From Candidatus Heimdallarchaeota archaeon (lineage in GTDB: Archaea; Asgardarchaeota; Heimdallarchaeia; JABLTI01), in the NCBI GenBank assembly GCA_019056785.1, contig DXJV01000029.1:32001-96000 (forward strand): a stretch of 64,000 nt of DNA. Direction: 5' to 3'. Positions 40,065-50,501 of this stretch are shown here, in pieces. Made by a program: the position numbers and the translations under genes. Position 1 is the stretch's first letter. Every line of letters starts with the position of its first letter. Below the pieces are notes generated by a model, which saw only the letters and a program-made list of their open reading frames with translations, was not told where the DNA came from and made no database searches.

Positions 40065-40496
40065 CTAAATGTCCATTTCTTTAATTCTATTTACCAAGAA
40101 ACGATTCATGACAATCCAATATTCAACTTCAGCTGTTTTACCTGCATCTATTATCTCGTGAAGCTTTGCAAGGTGATTTGGGTCAGTCGGTTTCGGAATA
40201 GAAAGTGTCTCGTACGTTTCATTATCCATTACTGACATTTCCTCACCTTCTAAGGAAATTACTTGTGCGTTGCGTTTGTCAATTATTGGTACTTGAACTT
40301 TTGCAGTAGAAGGCATAACTGGTGATCGCTTCTTTTTATCAAAAAGACCAATAACTTCCATTCTTATTTTCGCATGACCATGTTTGCCGGTTTTTGAGTG
40401 GCTCAAATCTAGGACCTGACATGGTTCTCCATCAACAAGTATATAACTTCCTCTTTTGATTGAATTTGCATCAGCCGGTCGTGTTGACATTTTCAT
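40065..40496 (-). CDS. eif5a: Translation factor aIF5A
   Basis: Hypusine loop SKTGKHGHAK; VPIIDKRNAQVIS. Confidence 0.97.
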   Translation of the reverse strand: MKMSTRPADANSIKRGSYILVDGEPCQVLDLSHSKTGKHGHAKIRMEVIGLFDKKKRSPVMPSTAKVQVPIIDKRNAQVISLEGEEMSVMDNETYETLSIPKPTDPNHLAKLHEIIDAGKTAEVEYWIVMNRFLVNRIKEMDI

Positions 40497-40685
40497 TCAC
40501 TTTTTTAATTAATATAGTTTGACTTACGAACTTCAGCATTAAAGTTTTTTGTTCTTTTTTACCTTTTCTTCTGAACAAAATAATGCGTAAATTCTGTTTT
40601 CAAGCCTTCAAAAGAACTTTTATTTTTAAGGATAAATATATAACATTTAAATTGATTTATAAAGTGTTAACAAAAGGATTAGAAA

Positions 40686-43616
40686 GTGATTGTTGTGCAG
40701 CAAGATGTTTGGCAAAAACGAACATTTTTCGGAGCTTTCCTCCTAGTTTCAGTAGCTCTTTGTCTAATTGCCACTCAATATACCGCTTGCAACAACATAT
40801 CAGCTTCCCTTTGGGATAAAGCACTACCAATGAGAGAGAGGAAAACTACCAATGCATTTCAAATGCTTGGGCCTTATTCTGCTGACAGTTTTATCACTAA
40901 TGGAGAGGAAAACGATGCCAATACCGGCGGTGATGCAGGAGACTCGATTGCTTTTGCAACAAATATCACAGAAGGAACGTATAATGGAACTTTAACCGAT
41001 GGTGATAAAGACTATTACCGATTTAATGTTAAAACAGGGGTTATTATTAATGTTTCAATGATCCCGTTGAATCTTTCAATTAATTTTGATTTGACATTAT
41101 ATTCGCCGGAGTCCAGCCCACTAATCCATGATTATAAGGATGCCGGCCTTCGCGAAACATTAATCTGGTCGACAGCAAGCTCAGGCAATTTCACCATCTC
41201 CATTCTCCCTACTACACCAAGTGATATTGGTAATTATAGTTTTACAATTATATTAACAGCACAAAATGACTTCAACACTCAAACAGATGCAGGAAACTCG
41301 TTCGGTGATGCCATTTTAATTACAAGTGGCTCATCTTATGGAAAATTGGTTGAAACTAGTGATACTAACGACTTTTACAAGATTGCAATCCAAAAAGGAC
41401 AGATTATCAGCATTTTACTCGAGTCAGAAAACACAACTAATTTAGACCTTTATCTCCTTGACAAAGAAAGCGTCCAGCTTGATAGCTCGACAAAATTAAC
41501 CGGGGTCAACGAATCAATTTATCATGCCATTAATCAAGAGAACAATTATATTATTCAGATTGTTTTTATTGAATCGTCTATTGGAGAAGTAATTGTCAAT
41601 TACAATCTCACAATCAGTATTACCACCCAAAATGACGGCAATTCTGGCACTGATGCTGGGGACAATGTTGACGATGCTCTTTATATTATCCCCCTAAGCG
41701 ATTCGAAATTCAAAGGGCGCGTTGTATATAATGGCGATAGAGCAGATTTTTACAAGTTTGACGTCACAAAGCCTACCAATATTATTGCCGTATTATTAGT
41801 TGACGATTTAGTGAATCTGGACTTGAAACTTTATGATGTGAACAAAGTATTATTGTATTCTTCAGAGGAAGAGTACCCCGGTGCAACAGAAGCAATTACA
41901 GATGTGATCCTCAACAATGGAACTTATTACATTTCCATCGAATTTGTTGCTTGGGAAGTGGGGGTTCCACTCACAGCCACTTACACGCTAAATATCGGCT
42001 TGTTGCCGCTTGGGAATAATAATGGAAACCAACACACTGCGGGGGAGATAATTATGATGGTCATAACATATGGTGTATTACCAATTTTTCTCATAGTAAT
42101 TATTATCCTGTTGCTCTATGTCTTTACAGACGTTAAAATACCCGGAATCTCTAATTGGCTTAACAAATATCTAAGTAAAGAGAACAAAGGGGAAACAGTC
42201 AAATCACTAAAATATGCCTTGAAAGTTCGAGAAGAACAAATAAACACACTTCGAGAAGAATCAATACAAAAAGATGCAAAACGCGCCAAGGATTTAGAGA
42301 CAATTCATCGCTTAGAAGAGGATCAAAAGTCAAAGGAAAAAGTAATTGAAAAATTGCGAGAAGAGAATAATACAATGAAAAGAGATTTGGACAATCTCGC
42401 CGTAGTCAGTGAAGATTTAGCGAATATTATTGATAGCACTATTCGAAGGCAACTAGCAAAACAAAATACAAATAAAGTAAAAATCTCCACGATTACATCA
42501 CTCCTTTGGCTGCCGGAAGAACGATTGATAAATTATCTCCATTCTGTTAAATTATTAAGTGAGCGTTATATCTTTGATAAAAACAAAAATTACATTATAA
42601 CTCGAGAGTATGCTCGTGAAACTGTCCGGCAAGCATACTGGAAGCGGGTTGGAGCAATGCATCTAAAGAAGATAAAGCAGGTTAAAATTTCTAACCTTGC
42701 AGATGACACGAACATTGATATTGACACTTTGAAAGGAATCATTCGGGAATTAGTCGAACGAAAAGAAATACCTGCACCAATTCACATGGACCGGGTGTCA
42801 CTCTTATTGTCTATTTCAGACGAACTTATTGCCGAGCTTGCTGAGGTTGCACAAAACACCCCGGTAATTTCGCTAAAAGAGCTTTCCGAGTCTTATGATA
42901 CTTCTTGCGAGAGTGCGAGAGTTATCCTCCAAAAAATCGCAGAAGAAGAATACACCAAAGGTGAATTTATTAGTGATGATATCTTCATCGTCTACGACCT
43001 TTTTGCGAAGAAAATTATCAAAGAAGGAAGCATCGAACTTTCAAAATTCATTAAGGAGAACAAACTCGAAAATTTGCTCGAAGAAACCAAGATCATAATC
43101 GAAAAATTGATTCAAGCAGGTCAGCTTGAAGGTGAATATCTAACAGAAGACATGTTCCTCTGCTTCAATAACCTTACAGAGCCCGTAAAGAATCTAATAA
43201 AGGAAAGTATTGAAGACATTCGAAACGGAAATACCCGCAAAGTAGTCTTTGATATCGGGAGTGTTGTTGAATCAATTGTAAAAGAACGCTTAATCTTAGA
43301 CATCCATGAATTTGACGATGTTGATAAACTACCAAAGTATCAAGAAGTAATTGAAGCAAAAGAACTGGGACGTATTTTACGAGCAGCAGAAGACTGTAAG
43401 ATTACGTTGCCAGCGAATGTTGAGTTAAAGTCTCTCAACAGATTTTGGGCTCAGAAAATTAAACATACAAAACCTGGAGAACTCCCCTATAACCCAACAA
43501 TTAAAGAAGCACGTGAATTCTTGTTTGAAGCTAATAAAGCATTGAATAAACTTCTCGAGCAAAAAATCCCCAAGAATTGGAAGAAGAAAATAGCAGCAAA
43601 ACTAAGCAAAGATTGA
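40686..43616 (+). CDS. Single-pass receptor-like protein: 3 PPC-like extracellular repeats, TM, coiled coil, winged-helix array, HEPN-like C-terminus
   Basis: Signal-like N-terminus; three (Q/E)NDxNxxxDAG...DxYxF/I repeats; one strong TM; a heptad-rich segment; repeated wHTH patterns; a C-terminal helical bundle. Confidence 0.8.
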   Translation: MIVVQQDVWQKRTFFGAFLLVSVALCLIATQYTACNNISASLWDKALPMRERKTTNAFQMLGPYSADSFITNGEENDANTGGDAGDSIAFATNITEGTYNGTLTDGDKDYYRFNVKTGVIINVSMIPLNLSINFDLTLYSPESSPLIHDYKDAGLRETLIWSTASSGNFTISILPTTPSDIGNYSFTIILTAQNDFNTQTDAGNSFGDAILITSGSSYGKLVETSDTNDFYKIAIQKGQIISILLESENTTNLDLYLLDKESVQLDSSTKLTGVNESIYHAINQENNYIIQIVFIESSIGEVIVNYNLTISITTQNDGNSGTDAGDNVDDALYIIPLSDSKFKGRVVYNGDRADFYKFDVTKPTNIIAVLLVDDLVNLDLKLYDVNKVLLYSSEEEYPGATEAITDVILNNGTYYISIEFVAWEVGVPLTATYTLNIGLLPLGNNNGNQHTAGEIIMMVITYGVLPIFLIVIIILLLYVFTDVKIPGISNWLNKYLSKENKGETVKSLKYALKVREEQINTLREESIQKDAKRAKDLETIHRLEEDQKSKEKVIEKLREENNTMKRDLDNLAVVSEDLANIIDSTIRRQLAKQNTNKVKISTITSLLWLPEERLINYLHSVKLLSERYIFDKNKNYIITREYARETVRQAYWKRVGAMHLKKIKQVKISNLADDTNIDIDTLKGIIRELVERKEIPAPIHMDRVSLLLSISDELIAELAEVAQNTPVISLKELSESYDTSCESARVILQKIAEEEYTKGEFISDDIFIVYDLFAKKIIKEGSIELSKFIKENKLENLLEETKIIIEKLIQAGQLEGEYLTEDMFLCFNNLTEPVKNLIKESIEDIRNGNTRKVVFDIGSVVESIVKERLILDIHEFDDVDKLPKYQEVIEAKELGRILRAAEDCKITLPANVELKSLNRFWAQKIKHTKPGELPYNPTIKEAREFLFEANKALNKLLEQKIPKNWKKKIAAKLSKD

Positions 43617-43648
43617 GAGAAAAAATTGTAAGGGGCAAAAGTGCCCAA

Positions 43649-46117
43649 TTACGAATAAATGTAAGTTAATTTTCGGCGGTTCTGTAAACGCATAAGAAGC
43701 CGCTCAATAAATGAGAGGGACGGTTTATAAAGAAGAGCAATAGTATCCTCATATAGATAGAGAAATTCTATGCGGTTCAATTTTATTTCCATGATCTCAT
43801 CAAGCGTTTGTAAAATAAGTGAATCTTCTTTTACATCGGTAACGATCCCTTTAGCAAGAGTATCGAGGTCATCCTTAGTCTGAAATGCAGCCGGTTTCCC
43901 TTTAAGATACTCAATAAGCGAACGCTGCTCCTTTTCATGGTCTTTTTTAATATAAACATCAAAAGGTTTGAATGCTACAATAAATTCATTACCAGCGAAG
44001 GTTTCAGAGCGTTTGCCAGTCACAATCAATTTCGAATCACCGAAATTCTTTTCAGCAAATTCTATGGCAGTTAATTCAGCTAGACGTGTGATGCCCTTTT
44101 GTGCAAAGAGTATAGCTTTCCCTTCGACAGATTTTAGATAGGAAAGAGGAATGCCAGGAACTGAGAAGTCTTTTATTTCCAGACCATTATTAGAAGTGAG
44201 CTCTGCTGTGAAAGCGAATTTTCCTTTTTTAGTGGTGATTTCTTTAATAGTAACAATCAGACCATTTTTCAAAACCTGTTTCTGACCTACTGCCATTTCA
44301 AAAATGTTGTAATCACTTAACAAGAGTTCTTTGGGCCCCTCCGGAGTTTCAAGAGTCAAAGTGAGAGGAGAAGTGATCATATTCGAAAGAGCAATTTTCT
44401 TCACTTTTCCGGTATAAAAGATTGCCTTGTCTGTTTTTGAAATTGCTACAACATCTTTCTTTTCAAAATATTTGTATTGATAAGAAAGATGAGACAATTT
44501 GTCATAATTTTTAATGCCTGTTTTTGGATATTGCTCATTAAAGGTCGCATTTATGATTGGTGCAACTTTGGAACGGACAGCTTGAAGCTCTTTAACAAAA
44601 CGTTTTCGCACACCAGGTAAGATCAATAGAAAAGGTAAAATTGCTGCTTTAAATGGTCGAAGTTTTTCTTGCTCTGTAAGTGCAACCACGCGATAGGCAG
44701 ATTTAGGATGGCTGGCAATGAGATTAATGAAGTTCTCCGTCCAGCTGGGGTGGATATAATTTTGATACATATTTCGTCCGGCATCACCTAAAAAGCGTAA
44801 TTTTTCTGCTGAAGTTTGTTCTTTGTTAGTTAAGAGATAAACACTTAGACCCATTTCGCTGGCAATGCCTTGATAAAAGCCATCAAGTTTGATTAGCGAT
44901 TTTGCCAGTGCAGAACCAAAACCAGCTCGCATAGTATAATTGTCTGCTCGCCCTTCTAGGAAGCGGATAAAGACATAGGAAAAGGCCAGCAAAGCGATAT
45001 TATAAAGATAATACCAAAGGAAGTCCAAACCAACATTTGGATTAAAAATATAGTCAAGTGGGGTTGCAGGAAGTTGTATGGCTTTGGTGATAGCAAACGT
45101 AACAGCCGAAATAACCATTAGCCAGAGAGTATGGACACGCTTTGAATGAGCCAACTCATGACCGGCAATACCACGGATGTCATCATCACTGAAATTGCTG
45201 AGATCTTTAGCCATGAAGGCAATGCGTTTATCAAAGAAAGCACCAAAGGCAAAAGCATTCAAAATTGGCGCTTTAACTTCCCCAACGCGCACCTTTCCAC
45301 GAATGTTTAATTTGGTCTTTACTTCTTCTACCAACTTTAAAATGCGCTCGTCTTTAACTTTCTTAACACCAAAAAAAACATGTAACAACGGACCCGAGAC
45401 GAGATATAATAGAATATTTGTACAAATCATGATCTCGTAGGTTCCAAAAGAAGCGAACAAAACACGTTTTCCAACTTCTTCGGGCACACCCGGAAAGCTA
45501 AAGTTAAGCCCCTTAGCACCTGCAAAACGATAGAGGATGAAATAGGATAAAGCAAACAAAAACAAATATATGACTTGAGGGGAGGTCAGCCGAGAGACCA
45601 GGAGGAATCGTCGCCCAAAGAAAATCAAACAAAGAATGATAAAGACATAAATGAAAATATTCCAAGAAATGCCAAACCACTGCTGTCCGGTAAGACCCCA
45701 ATAAGGCACTTGCTTAGGATGAGTAACCCAGGGAAAGTGTGTCCGGGCATGCCATTCTAACACAACCATAATAAAACGGCCACCTAAAACCACCATATAA
45801 GAGATGAGGGAGGCCAGCATTAATTCTCGCCAGACAGGACTTTGACGAATGGTCCAGAGCGAGTAAATCATAAGCCAACAGAGAGCTGCCAAGATGGCAA
45901 GGAGTGCATCCCGAGTGATTCCTTGAATCAGTCCACCTATGACACCTGCAAGAAGCATCATGAAAAGGTCCGGTTCATTCTTCTGAGTGAGAATAGAATA
46001 TAATTCAGTTAACATAAAAATGCCACAAAAAATAGCTATGGCATAACCCGTCAATGCAGGCAAATTTTCACGTGAAAACCAGCCACTTAAAACATCCATG
46101 AAAGCATTAAGATACAT
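43649..46117 (-). CDS. M48/HtpX-family protease with extra N-terminal TMs and C-terminal beta-barrel repeats
   Basis: LNAFA, GHELAH, EGRAD and ASHP motifs; 822 aa. Confidence 0.88.
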   Translation of the reverse strand: MYLNAFMDVLSGWFSRENLPALTGYAIAIFCGIFMLTELYSILTQKNEPDLFMMLLAGVIGGLIQGITRDALLAILAALCWLMIYSLWTIRQSPVWRELMLASLISYMVVLGGRFIMVVLEWHARTHFPWVTHPKQVPYWGLTGQQWFGISWNIFIYVFIILCLIFFGRRFLLVSRLTSPQVIYLFLFALSYFILYRFAGAKGLNFSFPGVPEEVGKRVLFASFGTYEIMICTNILLYLVSGPLLHVFFGVKKVKDERILKLVEEVKTKLNIRGKVRVGEVKAPILNAFAFGAFFDKRIAFMAKDLSNFSDDDIRGIAGHELAHSKRVHTLWLMVISAVTFAITKAIQLPATPLDYIFNPNVGLDFLWYYLYNIALLAFSYVFIRFLEGRADNYTMRAGFGSALAKSLIKLDGFYQGIASEMGLSVYLLTNKEQTSAEKLRFLGDAGRNMYQNYIHPSWTENFINLIASHPKSAYRVVALTEQEKLRPFKAAILPFLLILPGVRKRFVKELQAVRSKVAPIINATFNEQYPKTGIKNYDKLSHLSYQYKYFEKKDVVAISKTDKAIFYTGKVKKIALSNMITSPLTLTLETPEGPKELLLSDYNIFEMAVGQKQVLKNGLIVTIKEITTKKGKFAFTAELTSNNGLEIKDFSVPGIPLSYLKSVEGKAILFAQKGITRLAELTAIEFAEKNFGDSKLIVTGKRSETFAGNEFIVAFKPFDVYIKKDHEKEQRSLIEYLKGKPAAFQTKDDLDTLAKGIVTDVKEDSLILQTLDEIMEIKLNRIEFLYLYEDTIALLYKPSLSFIERLLMRLQNRRKLTYIYS

Positions 46118-46298
46118 ATCGTCTGCACCTTGTATAACGATTACAAGTTTCGTTCTTGTTCAAACTACTTTAACAAAAATAAAAAGCATTACTCATAAAC
46201 ATTTCTTTCAAGTAACAAAATTCACAGAAGTGAAGATTGTTGTAGAAAAAGGGAGAAAGAAACGACTAAAAAAGACCACTTTGTTAATCGCCAGTTTT

Positions 46299-47600
46299 TC
46301 AAGTGCGCTTGAAAGTTACCTGCATTGCATGTGCTGAACAAGAGATACAGGGGTCATAAGAACGAACAAGCATATTAAGAAAGAGCTCGATTTCCTCATC
46401 CTTCTTATCGGCAAGGAGAGGGGCAAATTTCTTAGCATCATCTTCGATCTTGTTAACATTGTGAGCCGTGGGAGTGATAACGTCTGCTCTTAAGATAACC
46501 CCTTCATGATTTACATCATACGAATGATTTAACAATCCTCGCGGGGCTTCGGTTGCAATTGTTCCTGTTCCAGCTCGAATCTTGAACTTTTTGTTGTCAT
46601 CCTTAGGTGGAGTTTCGATGTATTTATCAACAATGGCTATTGCTTCGTCTACGCAATGCATCAATTCAATTACACGAGCCAAATTATTGGCGAAGGGATT
46701 GAAGCTGGGAAGTTTGAGACCAAATTGAATGATAAGTGCTTTTGCATCATCTGAGAGAAAGTCGTGATTAATATTCACTCGCGCAAGTGGCGAAACATAA
46801 TAAACAACATCGCCGTTCAACGTGGAAAATTTCGCTGTCGAATAGGCACGAACATCTTCAACAATGAAGTCTTTTTTATAATCATCCGCCGGCTGAACTT
46901 TGCCACTGAGCAAGCATTTAAGATCTCCCTCGAGAAAAGGATAGCTTTTACCATCATAAACAGCTACTTGTTCCGTCTTGTTTTCGTATTGGGGCATTTC
47001 TAAAAAGGTATACAAGTCAGCAAGCACTTGGGTACCATCTTTAAATTCAAGGAGCTTCTTTTTCATCTCCTCAAGTTGGTGAGTGGTTGGATAAAGGCCA
47101 AACCCACCTGGCTTGATGTTTACAGGATGGATTTCACGCCCGCCTATTAATGCTTGTAAGTCGTTTGCAATGCGCTTCATCCTAAGCACTAATTTCACTT
47201 CATTGGGGTAATCGGTGGCCATTTGAATAGCACCATCATAACCCAGAAAGTCCGGTAATGCTAACATACCCACATGGAGTATATGAGATTGTAAGTTTTC
47301 ACCGTGATCCAACAGAACCCGAAATTCTTGCACTTGGTCGCTTGGTTTAATGCCAACAGAGCGCTCGAGAGCAGAAACCGCTGATAATTGGTGAGAAACA
47401 CTGCAAATCGCACAAATTCTCGACATGATGTTAATTGCTTCGTCATATTTTCTTCCGACAGCAAAACCTTCGAAAAAGCGCGCGCCTTCAACAACTTGCA
47501 TCTCAACCTTTTTCACAGTTTCACCATCCATCTCAACGAGCAAATTTCCATGTCCTTCAACACGACAAATGTGTTCAATGTGATAGGTTTTTTTCGTCAT
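46299..47600 (-). CDS. hydA: Group 3b [NiFe] hydrogenase large (alpha) subunit
   Basis: RVEGHG, RICAIC, EAPRG and DPCISCSAH plus a short C-terminal extension. Confidence 0.95.
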   Translation of the reverse strand: MTKKTYHIEHICRVEGHGNLLVEMDGETVKKVEMQVVEGARFFEGFAVGRKYDEAINIMSRICAICSVSHQLSAVSALERSVGIKPSDQVQEFRVLLDHGENLQSHILHVGMLALPDFLGYDGAIQMATDYPNEVKLVLRMKRIANDLQALIGGREIHPVNIKPGGFGLYPTTHQLEEMKKKLLEFKDGTQVLADLYTFLEMPQYENKTEQVAVYDGKSYPFLEGDLKCLLSGKVQPADDYKKDFIVEDVRAYSTAKFSTLNGDVVYYVSPLARVNINHDFLSDDAKALIIQFGLKLPSFNPFANNLARVIELMHCVDEAIAIVDKYIETPPKDDNKKFKIRAGTGTIATEAPRGLLNHSYDVNHEGVILRADVITPTAHNVNKIEDDAKKFAPLLADKKDEEIELFLNMLVRSYDPCISCSAHAMQVTFKRT

Positions 47601-47615
47601 TTTTCATTCCACCAA

Positions 47616-48428
47616 TTATTCAATAAAGTACTCCATTTTCTTCCCTTGTTCTTTCCATTTCTCTCGAAGGAAAGCTTTGAGTTGTTCGTCCTCAGCAGTG
47701 TATTTTAGCAAATGTCTGGTTATGTCTTCAATAGAGGCTCCTTTTTCAAGCATCAAATCAACTTGTTGCTGATAAGCAGCTTGCAAGATCGAGCCACGAC
47801 AACCATCACAAGGCAAATTATGGCTTGGACAGAGAGCACCACAACCAGCTTGCATTACAGGACCCATACAGAGAATGCCATCCTCGAGGAAAATGCAGCG
47901 ATTGCCTTTTTCTTTGCACTGCTGGCATACGGGTATATTCGGCAATTTTGGTGCCCCACCGGCTAAAACATACTTCACAAAATTAAGAAAGTCATATTTA
48001 TTCACGGGGCATTCTAATAAATAGTGATCAACTTTTACAACTTGATTAAGAGGTTTCACTTTAATAACAGGATGCTTTTTCGCTCCTTCGGTTCCATATT
48101 GCCGTACGCGAACTTGTTCGTCGTTCATGAAATTGCGTAATGCTTGCACGCCACCAAAAACTGCACACGTACCAATTGCCACAAGGATCTTAGCCTTCTT
48201 ACGCAGCTCTTTTAACTCTTCTTCTTGTTTTTCATTGACAATACTGCCTTCAACAAAGAGAATATCGTAAGGACCTTCTTTATTACCTGTCATTGCCATT
48301 CTGAAATCGATGATGTCAACAAGTTGCAACAAATCAAGGAGTTCATCCTCTAAATCAAGAATACTTAATTGACAACCCGCACAACCAGTAAAGCCAACAA
48401 TGCCAATTTGAGGTTTTGCTGTAGCCAT
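47616..48428 (-). CDS. hydD: Group 3b [NiFe] hydrogenase small (delta) subunit
   Basis: GCAGCQ, EGS, GTCA..GG, CMGPV..GCGALCP...CDGCRG. Confidence 0.93.
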   Translation of the reverse strand: MATAKPQIGIVGFTGCAGCQLSILDLEDELLDLLQLVDIIDFRMAMTGNKEGPYDILFVEGSIVNEKQEEELKELRKKAKILVAIGTCAVFGGVQALRNFMNDEQVRVRQYGTEGAKKHPVIKVKPLNQVVKVDHYLLECPVNKYDFLNFVKYVLAGGAPKLPNIPVCQQCKEKGNRCIFLEDGILCMGPVMQAGCGALCPSHNLPCDGCRGSILQAAYQQQVDLMLEKGASIEDITRHLLKYTAEDEQLKAFLREKWKEQGKKMEYFIE

Positions 48429-48430
48429 TT

Positions 48431-49294
48431 TTAAAGCGCCTCCAAAAGCCCTTGAATCTCTTCAAGCGAAAAGACCGGTCCATCAAGGCAAACAAATTTG
48501 TCGCCAATACCACAATGGCAACATTTTCCAACCCCACATTGCATTTTTCGCTCGAGAGAAAGGTAGATATTTTCGGGTTTAATCTTCAACTTTTCCAATT
48601 CCATCACCACAAACTTGTACATAATTGGTGGCCCACAGATCATTGCAACAGTGTTAGCTGGGTCAATTTCATCTTTAATGAAGGGGAAAAGCGTAGTCAC
48701 AACACCAATGTTTCCATCCCAGCAACGATCGTCGTCTCTATCCACGGTCTGATGAAAGATGATTTCTTTTTGTTGTTTATATTCATCTTTTTCTTCTGCA
48801 AAGAGCACATCTGTTGGACAACGGTCGCCATAAAGAATGAAAATTTTCCCAAAATCTGCTTTCTTTGCCACAGCTTCTCTAAAAGCAGAGCGGAGTGGTA
48901 AATAACCAATTCCCCCAGCAACAAAGAGAAGATCTTTCCCTTTATTTTCCTCAACAGGGAACCCATTTCCATAAGGACCACGAATACCAACGAGGTCGCC
49001 TTTTTTCAATTGGTGTATTTTTGTCGTAACATTCCCCACCATTCGGATGCCTAATTGAAATAAGCCTTTTTTATGAGGAGAAGAGGCAATACTGATTGGA
49101 ACCTCACCAACACCAAAAACAGAGAGTAAAACAAATTGCCCGGGTTTATAGGTAAAACGTTCATTCAATTGAGAATCAGTAAACTGCAGCTCAAAAAGCT
49201 TGGTGTTATCAGTTAAAGACCGAATATCAACTATTTTTGCAGTTTGGGGTGTACAGTCTCCAAAATCATTATATTTTGCGATTGTCTTAGTCAA
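48431..49294 (-). CDS. hydG: Group 3b hydrogenase gamma subunit (FAD/NAD(P)-binding, 2Fe-2S)
   Basis: PGQF, GEVPISI, RGPYGNGF, AGGIG, CGPPIM, CGVGKCCHC. The true start is probably TTG 49294, overlapping the upstream TGA and preceded by SD GAGGTG. Confidence 0.93.
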   Translation of the reverse strand: MTKTIAKYNDFGDCTPQTAKIVDIRSLTDNTKLFELQFTDSQLNERFTYKPGQFVLLSVFGVGEVPISIASSPHKKGLFQLGIRMVGNVTTKIHQLKKGDLVGIRGPYGNGFPVEENKGKDLLFVAGGIGYLPLRSAFREAVAKKADFGKIFILYGDRCPTDVLFAEEKDEYKQQKEIIFHQTVDRDDDRCWDGNIGVVTTLFPFIKDEIDPANTVAMICGPPIMYKFVVMELEKLKIKPENIYLSLERKMQCGVGKCCHCGIGDKFVCLDGPVFSLEEIQGLLEAL

Positions 49295-50349
49295 TTTGAT
49301 ACACCTCGAATCATTTTCAAAACATCTCGGACATCTATATTTGCTGGGCAGTAAGTGATACAACGGCCACACCCAACACAACCTTCTAAATTATATCTTC
49401 TTGGGATGTCCACAAATTTATGCAAGTAGCGGTAGCGAAACCGCTGAGATTGGTGCTCACGGAAATTATGCCCGCCGGCAACCAAAGCAAATTCAGGGTA
49501 GTAGCAAGAATCCCAATCACGGATTCGTTCGCCCGTTTTCAAATCAATTGAGAGATTATCTTTAGTGCTAAAGCAATAACAGGTCGGACAAACGAAAGTG
49601 CAGGAGCCACAGAAAAGACATTTCTTGGTGAATTCTTCCCAAACTGAAGACTCAAAATTGTCCTCAATCTCGCTTGCGAGCCCTTCGACTGGAAACTCAC
49701 TCTTAAAGTTCAGTCGTTTTTGTTCCAAAGCCTTAAGATATGCTTGGTGATCCTTGGTAGTAACCTCTTGGAATATTTCGCCATGTGTTCGGAGAAGAGC
49801 CTTCCCTTTATCAGAATTGGGAACAGCAATTAATTTTGTTTTTGAGATGGGCGTTAGCATAATATCATAACCGCTTTTTGGATCGTTCGAGTGCATCGTT
49901 TCACAGAAACAATTCTCATAGCAATGATCCAAACAATTCATACCAATTATCACAGTCCGATCACGAATCTGCGAGAAAAGAGCATCAGTATAATACTCAT
50001 GGAAAATGCGATTCAAAACATTGACACCTGTGATGTCACATGGGCTTGCTCCGAAAACAAGAATTTTTTTCTCAGCTACTCTGGCAGCTAATTCTTCACA
50101 GCTTTCTGTTACACCTTCAGAAAGGCTGTATTTAAAGACCGTTTGTTGGGATGGGAGGAAGATTTTTTTTAGTGGAATCATGGGGAGCTTTTCATTAAAA
50201 AGAATTGAGAATTCCACTTCTTCCGAGGATCGTACTTCCGAAAACGTTGGAACGTTCTTAGCCTTTGTGGGAGCAACGACAATGTGATCATTTACAAGTT
50301 CGTCTACAAGTTTAGGCAAATCTTTTTGTAAGATGATCTTTGAATACAT
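49291..50349 (-). CDS. hydB: Group 3b hydrogenase beta subunit (4Fe-4S)
   Basis: PCD, CFC, CLFCGSCTFVCPTCYC, WDSC, CVGCGRCITYCP; likely start ATG 50349. Confidence 0.93.
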   Translation of the reverse strand: MYSKIILQKDLPKLVDELVNDHIVVAPTKAKNVPTFSEVRSSEEVEFSILFNEKLPMIPLKKIFLPSQQTVFKYSLSEGVTESCEELAARVAEKKILVFGASPCDITGVNVLNRIFHEYYTDALFSQIRDRTVIIGMNCLDHCYENCFCETMHSNDPKSGYDIMLTPISKTKLIAVPNSDKGKALLRTHGEIFQEVTTKDHQAYLKALEQKRLNFKSEFPVEGLASEIEDNFESSVWEEFTKKCLFCGSCTFVCPTCYCFSTKDNLSIDLKTGERIRDWDSCYYPEFALVAGGHNFREHQSQRFRYRYLHKFVDIPRRYNLEGCVGCGRCITYCPANIDVRDVLKMIRGVSN

Positions 50350-50501
50350 ATTTGTTTTCCCCGGTTTTAACTTCAAATTAAAATGTGCGAGTTGTTTCGA
50401 AAGAGCCCATATTTAATTATTGTCATAGCGGTTTAATTATAAAAAAACAATGCTTCAAATAAAAGGCAAAAAAAAGAACGAGCTAAAAAGGATGAAAAAA
50501 A

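Noticed and set aside
49295-49381. N-terminal extension of the hydrogenase gamma ORF
   Set aside because: It overlaps the beta-subunit gene; the SD and TTGA overlap support a start at 49294.
46299-50349. Selenocysteine recoding or SECIS in the hydrogenase operon
   Set aside because: The metal-ligand motifs are Cys-encoded in uninterrupted ORFs.
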